DNA of 64,000 nt from Candidatus Nanoarchaeia archaeon (lineage in GTDB: Archaea > Nanobdellota > Nanobdellia > SCGC-AAA011-G17 > JAUYJU01). The stretch spans positions 75,484 to 139,483 of the forward strand of contig JAUYJU010000027.1 in NCBI GenBank assembly GCA_030700155.1. Reading direction: 5' to 3'. The stretch's first letter is position 1, and every line of letters starts with the position of its first letter. Position numbers and translations under genes: made by a program. The notes below the pieces were generated by a model that saw nothing but the letters and a program-made list of their open reading frames with translations, searched no databases and was not told the origin of the DNA. Shown here one piece after another: positions 56,338 to 64,000 of this stretch.

Positions 56338-58497
56338 TTAAAGCTTTCGCGGTTCTGGTCTTAATTCAGCTAATGCGTCTCTTAATTTCTCAGAGGCAAT
56401 CTTAACTCTTTCTAATTCAATATAAAATTCATGGAAAGTTTGTTTAAATTTAGAAACTATGATTCCAATGTCTTTTATTTGTTCGTAAATTTTTTGTTTT
56501 TGTTTTTCGTCTAAAGCATCATCTGCTTTCAATAAAGGAACCAACTCTATAAAGAACCTATCTGGATTAATTAGTAACTGTTCCATTTTATCTGCTAAGT
56601 CAGGACTCTTGTTTCTTAATCTATTTATCATTGAATAAATTTTATTAGCTGTTCTCCTAAACTTTCTTATTTCCTCAAATTTTAGATTAACACTTCTATA
56701 AGCGCCTGCAAAGTCCTCAAGTATTTTAACGTATTTTCCTTCACCTTGAAATCTTCGCAGGTACTTCATAACTATAGCTTCCACCCCATGCAATGCTTCT
56801 TCAACACCCTTCAAGTATCCTATAGAGGGTGCATCCTTCCTCATCCATCTGATTATAAAATCTTCCCTATTCTTCTCAGAAAAATATTTTCTTGTGGGCG
56901 TTAAAAATTCTAAAAAAGACTCTAATCTTTTTTTAGCCTTTATTTTCTCTTCTTCAAATTCTGGGCTAATTAAGTCAGGTCTAGCTCTCATTATAGTTTT
57001 TCCTTCTGCAAGTTCTTTTGACACAACAAATTTCCCTTTTTTGGGTCTTTCCCAAATTATTTTCTTTACAACTCCAGTTTTCGGTTCAACAAGATCAACA
57101 TAACTTACTCTTTCCCAGGGAATCTTCCTTACAACTCCAGTTTTTGCTTCCTCAACTTCAATCCATTTTTCTCTTTCAGTAGGCATCTTTCTTACATGAC
57201 CAACTTTTTCTACACCTTCATCAATATATCTAGCACGAATAACATCAATACTCTTAACGGTACCTACAGGCCCCAAACCTGCTCTCTCTTTTTTCTCACC
57301 TTCAAACCATTTTCTCGTGAAAACCTCATGATTCTCATAACGCATTCCAAACGGTTCTTTCTTCATCAAATCGTCCCAAGCTTGAGCAAGAATATTTGAA
57401 ACAAGGGGTTTAGAAACTTCTTCCTTCTTTGTTAAAATTCTAGTTTTAGCTTCGCCAATTCTTTGAATTTGATCCTGTAACTGTTTAATTTGCTCTTGAA
57501 GAACAGAAACTTCAGGACTTCTTTGTTCTCTGGCTTTTCTATATTTCTCAGCCAAAATTTTGTATCTCTCCTTAAGAATTTCTGCTTGATTCTCTAATTT
57601 GAAGTTAGCTCTATCAAAAGATTCACTTAACTCTTTTTCTTTTTCTTTTGCTTCGACAACATTAGCTTCAATTTGTTGCCTTAATTTCTCAATTTCATCT
57701 AACAATTTCTTTTTCTCTTCTTCAGTTTGAGCTTTAAGTTCTTGTTTTATTTTTTCAATTATTAAATTTGTTCTTTGTTGTATTTCCTCTTCAAGTTTAG
57801 TTTTCTCTTCTTCAGTTTCTCCTCTAGCCGGTAAATCATCATACAATTCTTCAGGTGGTTTAACTGTAGGTGTAATAGACTCAAATTCAGCATCACTAAC
57901 CCCAGGTCCACGAGTTGGTTCAGGTCTTGCAGCACTAGCTTTCAATCCAAATTTCTTAACTCCTCCAATCAACAACAAAATAACTGCAACTAAAAATCCC
58001 CACCTATGTATTCCAGATCTTAAAAAAGATTCAAGAAAACCAGCCCCACTCCAAAAAGTAGCAAGTCCTTCCAAAAATATTAAGCTAAGTAAGACTGTCA
58101 ATCCAGCAATAACCCATTTATTTTCAACAGCACTTGATATAAGTGAGTATGAAGACAATATTACAAGTAAAAAGATTAAAAACACCGTCCAAGAACCAGC
58201 AACTTCTAATAAACTAAATCCACTTACAGATTGAAATAACAACAAACCTAAGGTCAAAAACAAAGCAAGACCAATATACATTATTTTCTTTCCATGGTCT
58301 TCAGCTTCACCTGCTTTAGGACCAAACACCATTTTAGTCAATCCTAAAAAGATAAATAAGTAAATAACAGCATCAATAAACACTCCAAATCTTAAATAAA
58401 TTGAGCCAAAGTCAACAGCACCAAGAACAGGATAATATTCAGCACTCACTAAAGGAATACTCAATAAAAATAAACCTAAATACAGCCCTTTTTTCAT
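56338..58497 (-). CDS. Multi-TM N-domain + long coiled coil + helical cytoplasmic domain protein
   Basis: Signal peptide, about 5-6 TMs, E/K/Q-rich heptads, internal 21-aa tandem repeat. Confidence 0.7.
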   Translation of the reverse strand: MKKGLYLGLFLLSIPLVSAEYYPVLGAVDFGSIYLRFGVFIDAVIYLFIFLGLTKMVFGPKAGEAEDHGKKIMYIGLALFLTLGLLLFQSVSGFSLLEVAGSWTVFLIFLLVILSSYSLISSAVENKWVIAGLTVLLSLIFLEGLATFWSGAGFLESFLRSGIHRWGFLVAVILLLIGGVKKFGLKASAARPEPTRGPGVSDAEFESITPTVKPPEELYDDLPARGETEEEKTKLEEEIQQRTNLIIEKIKQELKAQTEEEKKKLLDEIEKLRQQIEANVVEAKEKEKELSESFDRANFKLENQAEILKERYKILAEKYRKAREQRSPEVSVLQEQIKQLQDQIQRIGEAKTRILTKKEEVSKPLVSNILAQAWDDLMKKEPFGMRYENHEVFTRKWFEGEKKERAGLGPVGTVKSIDVIRARYIDEGVEKVGHVRKMPTEREKWIEVEEAKTGVVRKIPWERVSYVDLVEPKTGVVKKIIWERPKKGKFVVSKELAEGKTIMRARPDLISPEFEEEKIKAKKRLESFLEFLTPTRKYFSEKNREDFIIRWMRKDAPSIGYLKGVEEALHGVEAIVMKYLRRFQGEGKYVKILEDFAGAYRSVNLKFEEIRKFRRTANKIYSMINRLRNKSPDLADKMEQLLINPDRFFIELVPLLKADDALDEKQKQKIYEQIKDIGIIVSKFKQTFHEFYIELERVKIASEKLRDALAELRPEPRKL

Positions 58498-58528
58498 GTT
58501 ATAACCTTAATTTTCAAGATTTATAAAG

Positions 58529-60667
58529 CTATATACCTGCAGATACACCAACGCCAACTGCGCCGGCAAGTAAATTAAAGATTATTATACCTATCAAACA
58601 AATTACACTATATATTGATAAACTCCATACTAAATTTTTTCCTAAAGAATAACCAGTTCCAACTCTATCTACTCCTTTTTCAATGCCGCTAGCCAAAAAA
58701 GTCAAAATCATTCCAATCTGAACAACATATAATCCAACAACAATCTGGAATTGATACCCGGGAATAACATCTTGAATATTTAATACTCCACCCAATGCAG
58801 CCAATCCACCAAGACCTTCACCAGCACCACCTAAAGTAGCAAATTGTGTACTTAATTTATTAATTATAGTAACTACCATTGAACTGACACCAACAACAAT
58901 ACCTGCAATCAAAGGAGTCAAAAAACTTATTTGTGATTTCATCGAACTTATTACTTCAGCAAGCAAATCTTTCAACCTATCATTAACTTGCCTTATTCTC
59001 TCAACATATTTGGATATAGTAAGTAAAGAATTTGAAACTATCATTGGACCCTTTCTAGCACTTTGAATTAAAACCTTCATTGAACTTTCAATTAATTTAC
59101 TTGGAAAATTTATTATCGCTCCTCTTTGTTTATCAAAGATAGCATATTCAACACCAACACCCATTCTTCTTACATTACTATCTACTCTTGCAAAAAACTC
59201 CCCACTTGGAGTTCCTTTCATATTTTCCGCAACATAACCAAATGCACTCTCAACAGGAATTCCATCAGCAACTCTATTTCCTAACTGAAATAGAGCACCA
59301 GCAAACTCTCTCTCAAGTTCATCCATTTTTTTCTTAATTTTGATTAATTTTTCATATCTTCTTTTATAATAAGTTCCGATTCCAACTGCAGCCCCCATAG
59401 GAACAAACAAACTTAATATCAAAGCACCAGCCCCATAAGGACCGTTGCCTTGCTGATAATCCAAAAATAATCCTCCAGGGACTACAAAATCAAAACCTGG
59501 ATTTAAAATATGTACATACCATGGGAAAAATCCAATAACAAAGAAAGGAATTGCATAAATCAAACCAACAATCCAAGGTTTAACTTCCATACCCATAAAC
59601 TTTGTTTTTTCAAATTTTTTATAATCGGGATGTTCTCTTAAAATATCTGATTCCCCGTAACCTGTAGGCCTTTTTGATAATAAATTAAGACCCATAAACA
59701 TTACAAATAAGGGTAAAACAAGGTTATACAATATGGCTATATGCCACCATTTAATCAAACCACCTAAAAAACTCCCAATTAAAGGAAAAACAACCAATCC
59801 CAAAATAGGTAAAACAACCCCAAGCATGTGCAATGCAGTTATTGGAGATTGCAATTCATGTGCATATCTCAACATTTTATCATAAGTTCCTTCTAACATA
59901 ACTTGCAAGGCTTTCTCAAGCATAGAAATTCTTCTTTCTTCATTTGATTCTTGCAAACTTCCTTGAATTAAATGAAAAGCTTCAATGAATTCTAAATTCC
60001 ATCCTCTCCATGATTCCAAATAATCATCTAAACTATCTTTTATTGTAACAAATTTTCCAGTTTGAATATTCCAAAAAATTCTTTTGAAATCCAAGTTTAA
60101 TGGCGGGCCAATATGTTCAGAAGCAAATTTTATTGCATGTTCTAAATTTGAAGTATGTCTCATGTACATAACTATATACAAAATAGACAAAACCATTTGG
60201 TTACTTGCAGCCAATCTCCATCTGTTAGCTAAATGATGTGGAATGCTTCCAAGTGGTTTTATTAAAACAGCCCCACCAACAATTAATACTAAAGGTAAAA
60301 AGATTTTAAACTGTCCTAATAAAAAAGTAAAAATTCCAACAAATAATCCAATTGAAATTAATAACAAAGAAGCAAATACTCCAAAACTTACAGCACCAGC
60401 AGGTGTTACAGAAATGTGAGCAATCCTTATGCTTTCATCTAATCTCTTTTGTTCTTCTTTTGAAGGCGTTATTCTAATAATTTTTTCAGAAAAATTACAA
60501 AGTTTTTCATAAAGTGTAATTTCACCTTCCAAAGCTTCTTCTCTGAAAACCTGATATTCACGAGAAACAGTTTTTGTTGGTTTTACAAATTCTTTACTAT
60601 CTAGTTCTCTTTCAAATCGTTTTTGATATTTTTCTAAAACGTCCCTTACTTCTTTTTTATCTGCCAT
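58529..60667 (-). CDS. Type II/IV secretion membrane platform protein (TadB/TadC-like, two T2SSF-type halves)
   Basis: Repeated soluble-domain/TM-cluster architecture; ELEREFAGALFQLGNRVADGIPVE; coupled to the ATPase. Confidence 0.85.
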   Translation of the reverse strand: MADKKEVRDVLEKYQKRFERELDSKEFVKPTKTVSREYQVFREEALEGEITLYEKLCNFSEKIIRITPSKEEQKRLDESIRIAHISVTPAGAVSFGVFASLLLISIGLFVGIFTFLLGQFKIFLPLVLIVGGAVLIKPLGSIPHHLANRWRLAASNQMVLSILYIVMYMRHTSNLEHAIKFASEHIGPPLNLDFKRIFWNIQTGKFVTIKDSLDDYLESWRGWNLEFIEAFHLIQGSLQESNEERRISMLEKALQVMLEGTYDKMLRYAHELQSPITALHMLGVVLPILGLVVFPLIGSFLGGLIKWWHIAILYNLVLPLFVMFMGLNLLSKRPTGYGESDILREHPDYKKFEKTKFMGMEVKPWIVGLIYAIPFFVIGFFPWYVHILNPGFDFVVPGGLFLDYQQGNGPYGAGALILSLFVPMGAAVGIGTYYKRRYEKLIKIKKKMDELEREFAGALFQLGNRVADGIPVESAFGYVAENMKGTPSGEFFARVDSNVRRMGVGVEYAIFDKQRGAIINFPSKLIESSMKVLIQSARKGPMIVSNSLLTISKYVERIRQVNDRLKDLLAEVISSMKSQISFLTPLIAGIVVGVSSMVVTIINKLSTQFATLGGAGEGLGGLAALGGVLNIQDVIPGYQFQIVVGLYVVQIGMILTFLASGIEKGVDRVGTGYSLGKNLVWSLSIYSVICLIGIIIFNLLAGAVGVGVSAGI

Positions 60668-62985
60668 TACTTCTTTTTCAATTCATTCTTGACCCAGTCT
60701 TCCCATCTGCTGGCAATCATCTTAGAATCTAAAGCTCCAACTTCTATCCTTACATCATCTGAAATCCTATGGAAAGCATCATTAGAGGCTACAACAAAAG
60801 GTGCTTCCAATATTTTCTTATTATTCAGTTTATTAGAATATCCAACAAGCATTTCCTTAAGTTTAGCACGTAATAAAACATTATTCCAAATAGAATCCCA
60901 ATCTCCTGCCCATTCTTTTACATTAGTTGCAACAGCTTTCAAAGTTTCACTCTCTCCATTTATTAGGGCATCAGTAGGTTCCAAAATATCTTTCTCTGGA
61001 TTATACTTCATTAAATCTACAAAACCATTTTCAGCTAAAGGATCATCAACCCAATGTTTCCTTACTTCTGTTATTTGGGTTATTCTTTTTTTTCTATGCA
61101 ACCCATCAGGAGTTTTTATTGGATTTGCAACAACAATTAAATCAGTAGCTTTAAAACTTGTCTTGGGAACCTCTAAATCATTTACAACTCTATCATAAAC
61201 TCCATAAGGACTTGCACCATGTATTGTTCCAGCTACAACATTTGCTAATGCACCTACACGCATTGCTTCATAAAGCGCTTTTGCTTCCAATGATCTGACT
61301 TCTCCGACAATTAAGCTTGAATCACCTAAACGCAATGAAGTTCTTATTCCTTCATCAGCAGCTAACTCTCCACCAACCATAGTCAATGCAGCACGAACTT
61401 TCATCTGTTGTATATTATATCCTAAATCTCTCAAAGATTTAACTGGTAATTCTAAAGTGTCTTCAATAGTCAAAACTCTGTATCGCCTCATAATCTCAAC
61501 CAAAATGCTTCCTAAAAAAGAAGTTTTTCCAGAAGATCTTGTTCCAGCAACAAGTATAGTTCTTGCACCATCAATCATAAAGCTCATCAACCCAGCGCCC
61601 AAGGGATCTATCATTCCATTCTGAATAAATAGTGGCAAAGTCCATGGATTATCTCTGTGTCTTCTCAAGGCATAAGCAAGCCCAGTTGGAGACAAAGGTT
61701 TTGTCATTACCGCAACTCTTGCTCTTGCTCCAGGTATTGCTAATTCCGTATCTAAAACTGGGTTAGCTTCATCTAAGGGTCTTCCACTTATTAATCTAAA
61801 TTTAGAAGCCCATGATTCTGCATCTTCAACAGACGGAATAATATTTGTTGCACATTCATCATAATCCTGATGTACTATATACATAGGAGAAGCACCTGCA
61901 GGACCATTAATAGTTATATCTTGGATTTTTGGGTCTTGTAATAAAATCTCAATCAATCCAAATCCAACAGTATATCTAACTAAAATACTGGCAAGTTCAT
62001 GTATCTTAGAATAAGGTAAATTTATCCTTTTAGTCTCAGCTAATTCAGTAATTAAATCTCTTCCAATATTGAAAAAAGTTCTCCTCATCTTTGAGGGATC
62101 TAAAAATTCTTCTTCTCTTGGTTTATGTTCAGCAAGAACTTGTTTTGCTAAATCAAGTAGAGCATATTCATCTTCACTTAACTTGAATTCTGGAGGATTA
62201 ACATGATAAAGAGTTTTAATATCTCCGGGAATTTTATACAAATTAATTTCAGCTTCTCCAACCGTATAGAAATCAACTTGTTCTCCATCAATTGGTGTTT
62301 CAGCCATTAACCTGGTGTACATAAAATCAGGAGTAATCACAGGTCTGAAAACTTCTTTATACAAACCCCTATCACCGATAGAATATCCGTCAAGATTATC
62401 TTCAACTTTTTTAATCAAAGAGGTTTGTCCAAGTAGGGTATACAAATACATTAAATTTCCAAGGTAGGTTTGTCTTGACTCAATTACCCTGGAATCAATA
62501 TCACCTTTAAGATGAATTTTTTCTTCTCTAATCAATCTCTTTAATTCTACATAGGCTCCAACAGGATCTGTTCTTAATAAATTAAAAACAATATAATTTA
62601 CAGCATTAGCCCTCAATTGTAAAAACCTTGGATCAAGTCCACCTAACGCATTTGGACCAAAAACTTTTTTTTGCCTCACTACATGATCATAAAGTTGTGC
62701 AATTTCAACAAGCATTTGAGTTTGTTCATAGTCATAAGCATAATTTCTTCTTTGTTTAAAAATAATTCTTGAGACTTGTGGAACATTAACTAATCTATCT
62801 ATAGCAAAACCCATAACTGCAGAACTATCTTCAACTGATGGCGAGTAAGGCCATTTTAAAGAATTTACCCTCATTATTTCCTCTCCACCCTCTTCCACTA
62901 ATTCATAATCTCGTTGCTCAGTTTTTTCTTCAGAAACAGATTCCTTTCTATCTACCTCTTCTTTTTTAGCCATAATTAAGTTCAA
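60667..62985 (-). CDS. Type IV pilus / type II secretion assembly ATPase (VirB11/TadA-like) with long N-terminal extension
   Basis: AGTRSSGKTS Walker A, TIEDTLEL Asp box, LRLGDSSLIVGEVR Walker B, GTIHG His box. Confidence 0.92.
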   Translation of the reverse strand: MNLIMAKKEEVDRKESVSEEKTEQRDYELVEEGGEEIMRVNSLKWPYSPSVEDSSAVMGFAIDRLVNVPQVSRIIFKQRRNYAYDYEQTQMLVEIAQLYDHVVRQKKVFGPNALGGLDPRFLQLRANAVNYIVFNLLRTDPVGAYVELKRLIREEKIHLKGDIDSRVIESRQTYLGNLMYLYTLLGQTSLIKKVEDNLDGYSIGDRGLYKEVFRPVITPDFMYTRLMAETPIDGEQVDFYTVGEAEINLYKIPGDIKTLYHVNPPEFKLSEDEYALLDLAKQVLAEHKPREEEFLDPSKMRRTFFNIGRDLITELAETKRINLPYSKIHELASILVRYTVGFGLIEILLQDPKIQDITINGPAGASPMYIVHQDYDECATNIIPSVEDAESWASKFRLISGRPLDEANPVLDTELAIPGARARVAVMTKPLSPTGLAYALRRHRDNPWTLPLFIQNGMIDPLGAGLMSFMIDGARTILVAGTRSSGKTSFLGSILVEIMRRYRVLTIEDTLELPVKSLRDLGYNIQQMKVRAALTMVGGELAADEGIRTSLRLGDSSLIVGEVRSLEAKALYEAMRVGALANVVAGTIHGASPYGVYDRVVNDLEVPKTSFKATDLIVVANPIKTPDGLHRKKRITQITEVRKHWVDDPLAENGFVDLMKYNPEKDILEPTDALINGESETLKAVATNVKEWAGDWDSIWNNVLLRAKLKEMLVGYSNKLNNKKILEAPFVVASNDAFHRISDDVRIEVGALDSKMIASRWEDWVKNELKKK

Positions 62986-63066
62986 ATATTCTTCATTTAA
63001 ATACTTTGCCTAGAGAAAGCTATTTAAATGCCTTAGAATACTAATATCTTATAAAAAGAGGTTAAA

Positions 63067-63435
63067 ATGGTTAATGGTGTTACTATAGAACAAGATGTCT
63101 CTTCTGTACTATCAGATGTTGTAAGCAGATTAAGGATTCTTGAAAGCAGATACGAATTATTTGGTGAAAGACTTCTTGTAGTTAATCGAAATATGATTCA
63201 AGAATACAAAAAAATGAGTATTGATTTACAGGATTTAAAGGAAGATATTAAAAAATTAAAAGTAGAAAACTTCAAAGTTAAAGAAACTATAAGACAAATG
63301 TTCAATGAACTTCAATATTTTGCAAAGAAAGATGAAATAAAAGCTTTGGAAAAATATATCAAGATATGGGATCCAATGAAATTCTGCACTGAGGAAGATG
63401 TTAAGCTAATTATTAAAAGAACGAGGGATGAATAA
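63067..63435 (+). CDS. Coiled-coil hypothetical protein divergent from the pilus ATPase
   Basis: SRLRILESRY..FAKKDEIKALEKYIKIWDP; GAGG SD. Confidence 0.65.
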   Translation: MVNGVTIEQDVSSVLSDVVSRLRILESRYELFGERLLVVNRNMIQEYKKMSIDLQDLKEDIKKLKVENFKVKETIRQMFNELQYFAKKDEIKALEKYIKIWDPMKFCTEEDVKLIIKRTRDE

Positions 63436-64000
63436 TGGCGGAAATTCCTGAACCACCAAAAAGAATACAACAAGCAGCCGCAAGTAGTGAAATGGCTAAT
63501 GCAATGCAAGGTTCAGAAGAAATGCCAGAGTTCTCGCCACAATCATTTGAAGAAACACCATTAGATATGCCTCAAAGAAAACAAAGTTCAGATTTGCAGC
63601 CTTATTCTTTGGAAGATTTAAGTGCTGAAGCAGAAACCTCGGAAGAACAGCCAAGTTTCATGCCAGCAAATATTCCACAGGAAGCTCAAGAAGGTCTTCC
63701 AAGAGAAACAGAAGAATTCATCCAAGAAATAGTTGAATCGGTTATTTCAGAAAAATGGGAAAAGGTTAGCGAAGAAATTGGAGATTTATCTGCTTGGCAA
63801 GATCGCGTTAATACCGATTTACAATCCATAAAGCAAGAAATTTTAAGGGTAGAATCAAGACTTGATAATTTACAGACTGCAATTGTTGGAAGAATTGGAG
63901 AGTATGATTCTCACATTAAAAGTGTAGGAACAGAGGTTAAAGCTATAGAAGATGTATTAAGCAAAATAATGCAACCTTTAAGCACAAATATAAAAGAGTT
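63435..64000 (+). CDS. Acidic-linker + coiled-coil protein, truncated by the window end (not in ORF track)
   Basis: Manual translation MAEIPEPPKRIQQ...QEIVESVISEKWEKV..GRIGEYDSHIKSVGTEVKAIEDVLSKIMQPLSTNIKE, open to base 64000; start overlaps the previous stop. Confidence 0.7.
   Translation, partial: MAEIPEPPKRIQQAAASSEMANAMQGSEEMPEFSPQSFEETPLDMPQRKQSSDLQPYSLEDLSAEAETSEEQPSFMPANIPQEAQEGLPRETEEFIQEIVESVISEKWEKVSEEIGDLSAWQDRVNTDLQSIKQEILRVESRLDNLQTAIVGRIGEYDSHIKSVGTEVKAIEDVLSKIMQPLSTNIKE

Noticed and set aside
58529-62985. Archaellum (FlaI/FlaJ) call
   Set aside because: No FlaH, FlaF/G or archaellin-like genes are adjacent; the ATPase N-terminus and pilin set do not fit.
3428-63509. Many antisense or alternate-frame ORFs in the track (e.g. 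3428, 3990, 4974, 5524, 8065, 9672, 13441, 13494, 15845, 20266, 24025, 36052-36724, 38220, 38511, 42372, 45576, 46999, 48739, 53061, 56894, 60689, 63312)
   Set aside because: They lie wholly within well-supported genes on the opposite strand or in another frame, have shadow-like composition, and show no motifs.
1-64000. CRISPR array, cas operon, rRNA, or IS transposase/TnpB
   Set aside because: No regularly spaced 25-45 nt repeats, no long non-coding stretch, and no Cas, DDE or RuvC motifs were recognised.
1-64000. DGR template repeat or reverse transcriptase
   Set aside because: No AAC/AAT-rich copy of the 47066-47158 segment and no RT (YxDD) gene was seen; intergenic gaps are mostly too short. 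This was a search by eye only.
63435-64000. CdvA or ArlCDE assignment for the terminal coiled-coil protein
   Set aside because: Only generic coiled-coil similarity is visible and the gene is truncated by the window edge.

Overview
AT-rich archaeal chromosomal segment, most likely DPANN (Woesearchaeota-like). The taxonomic call is an inference from TBP, MCM, Top6A/B, RadA, RFC, PolB, FEN1, aIF genes, a truncated Nmd3 and a type IV pilus ATPase with a long N-terminus. About two thirds of the window is informational housekeeping, with four tRNAs (Glu, Ile, Asn, and Arg-GCG carrying a 13-nt intron). Two genes are interrupted by full-length LAGLIDADG inteins (top6B, radA). Accessory content: (1) a probable diversity-generating-retroelement (DGR) target gene at 47042-47716 with an A-depleted, 60% GC variable region, and no RT or template repeat found in the window; (2) a free-standing Zn-finger/HTH-repeat endonuclease with a hairpin-rich leader placed in front of the radA operon; (3) a ~15 kb type IV pilus/secretion locus with about 11 pilin-like genes, three of them unannotated 32-47 aa micro-ORFs; (4) a regulator, a virus-like gene and paralogous micro-membrane peptides at 22.0-24.3 kb; (5) a PD-(D/E)XK nuclease with a PCNA-box-like tail between fen1 and polB; (6) an orphan tRNA 3' fragment. 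No CRISPR array, rRNA or transposase was seen. All calls come from motif recognition by eye; no database search was run.
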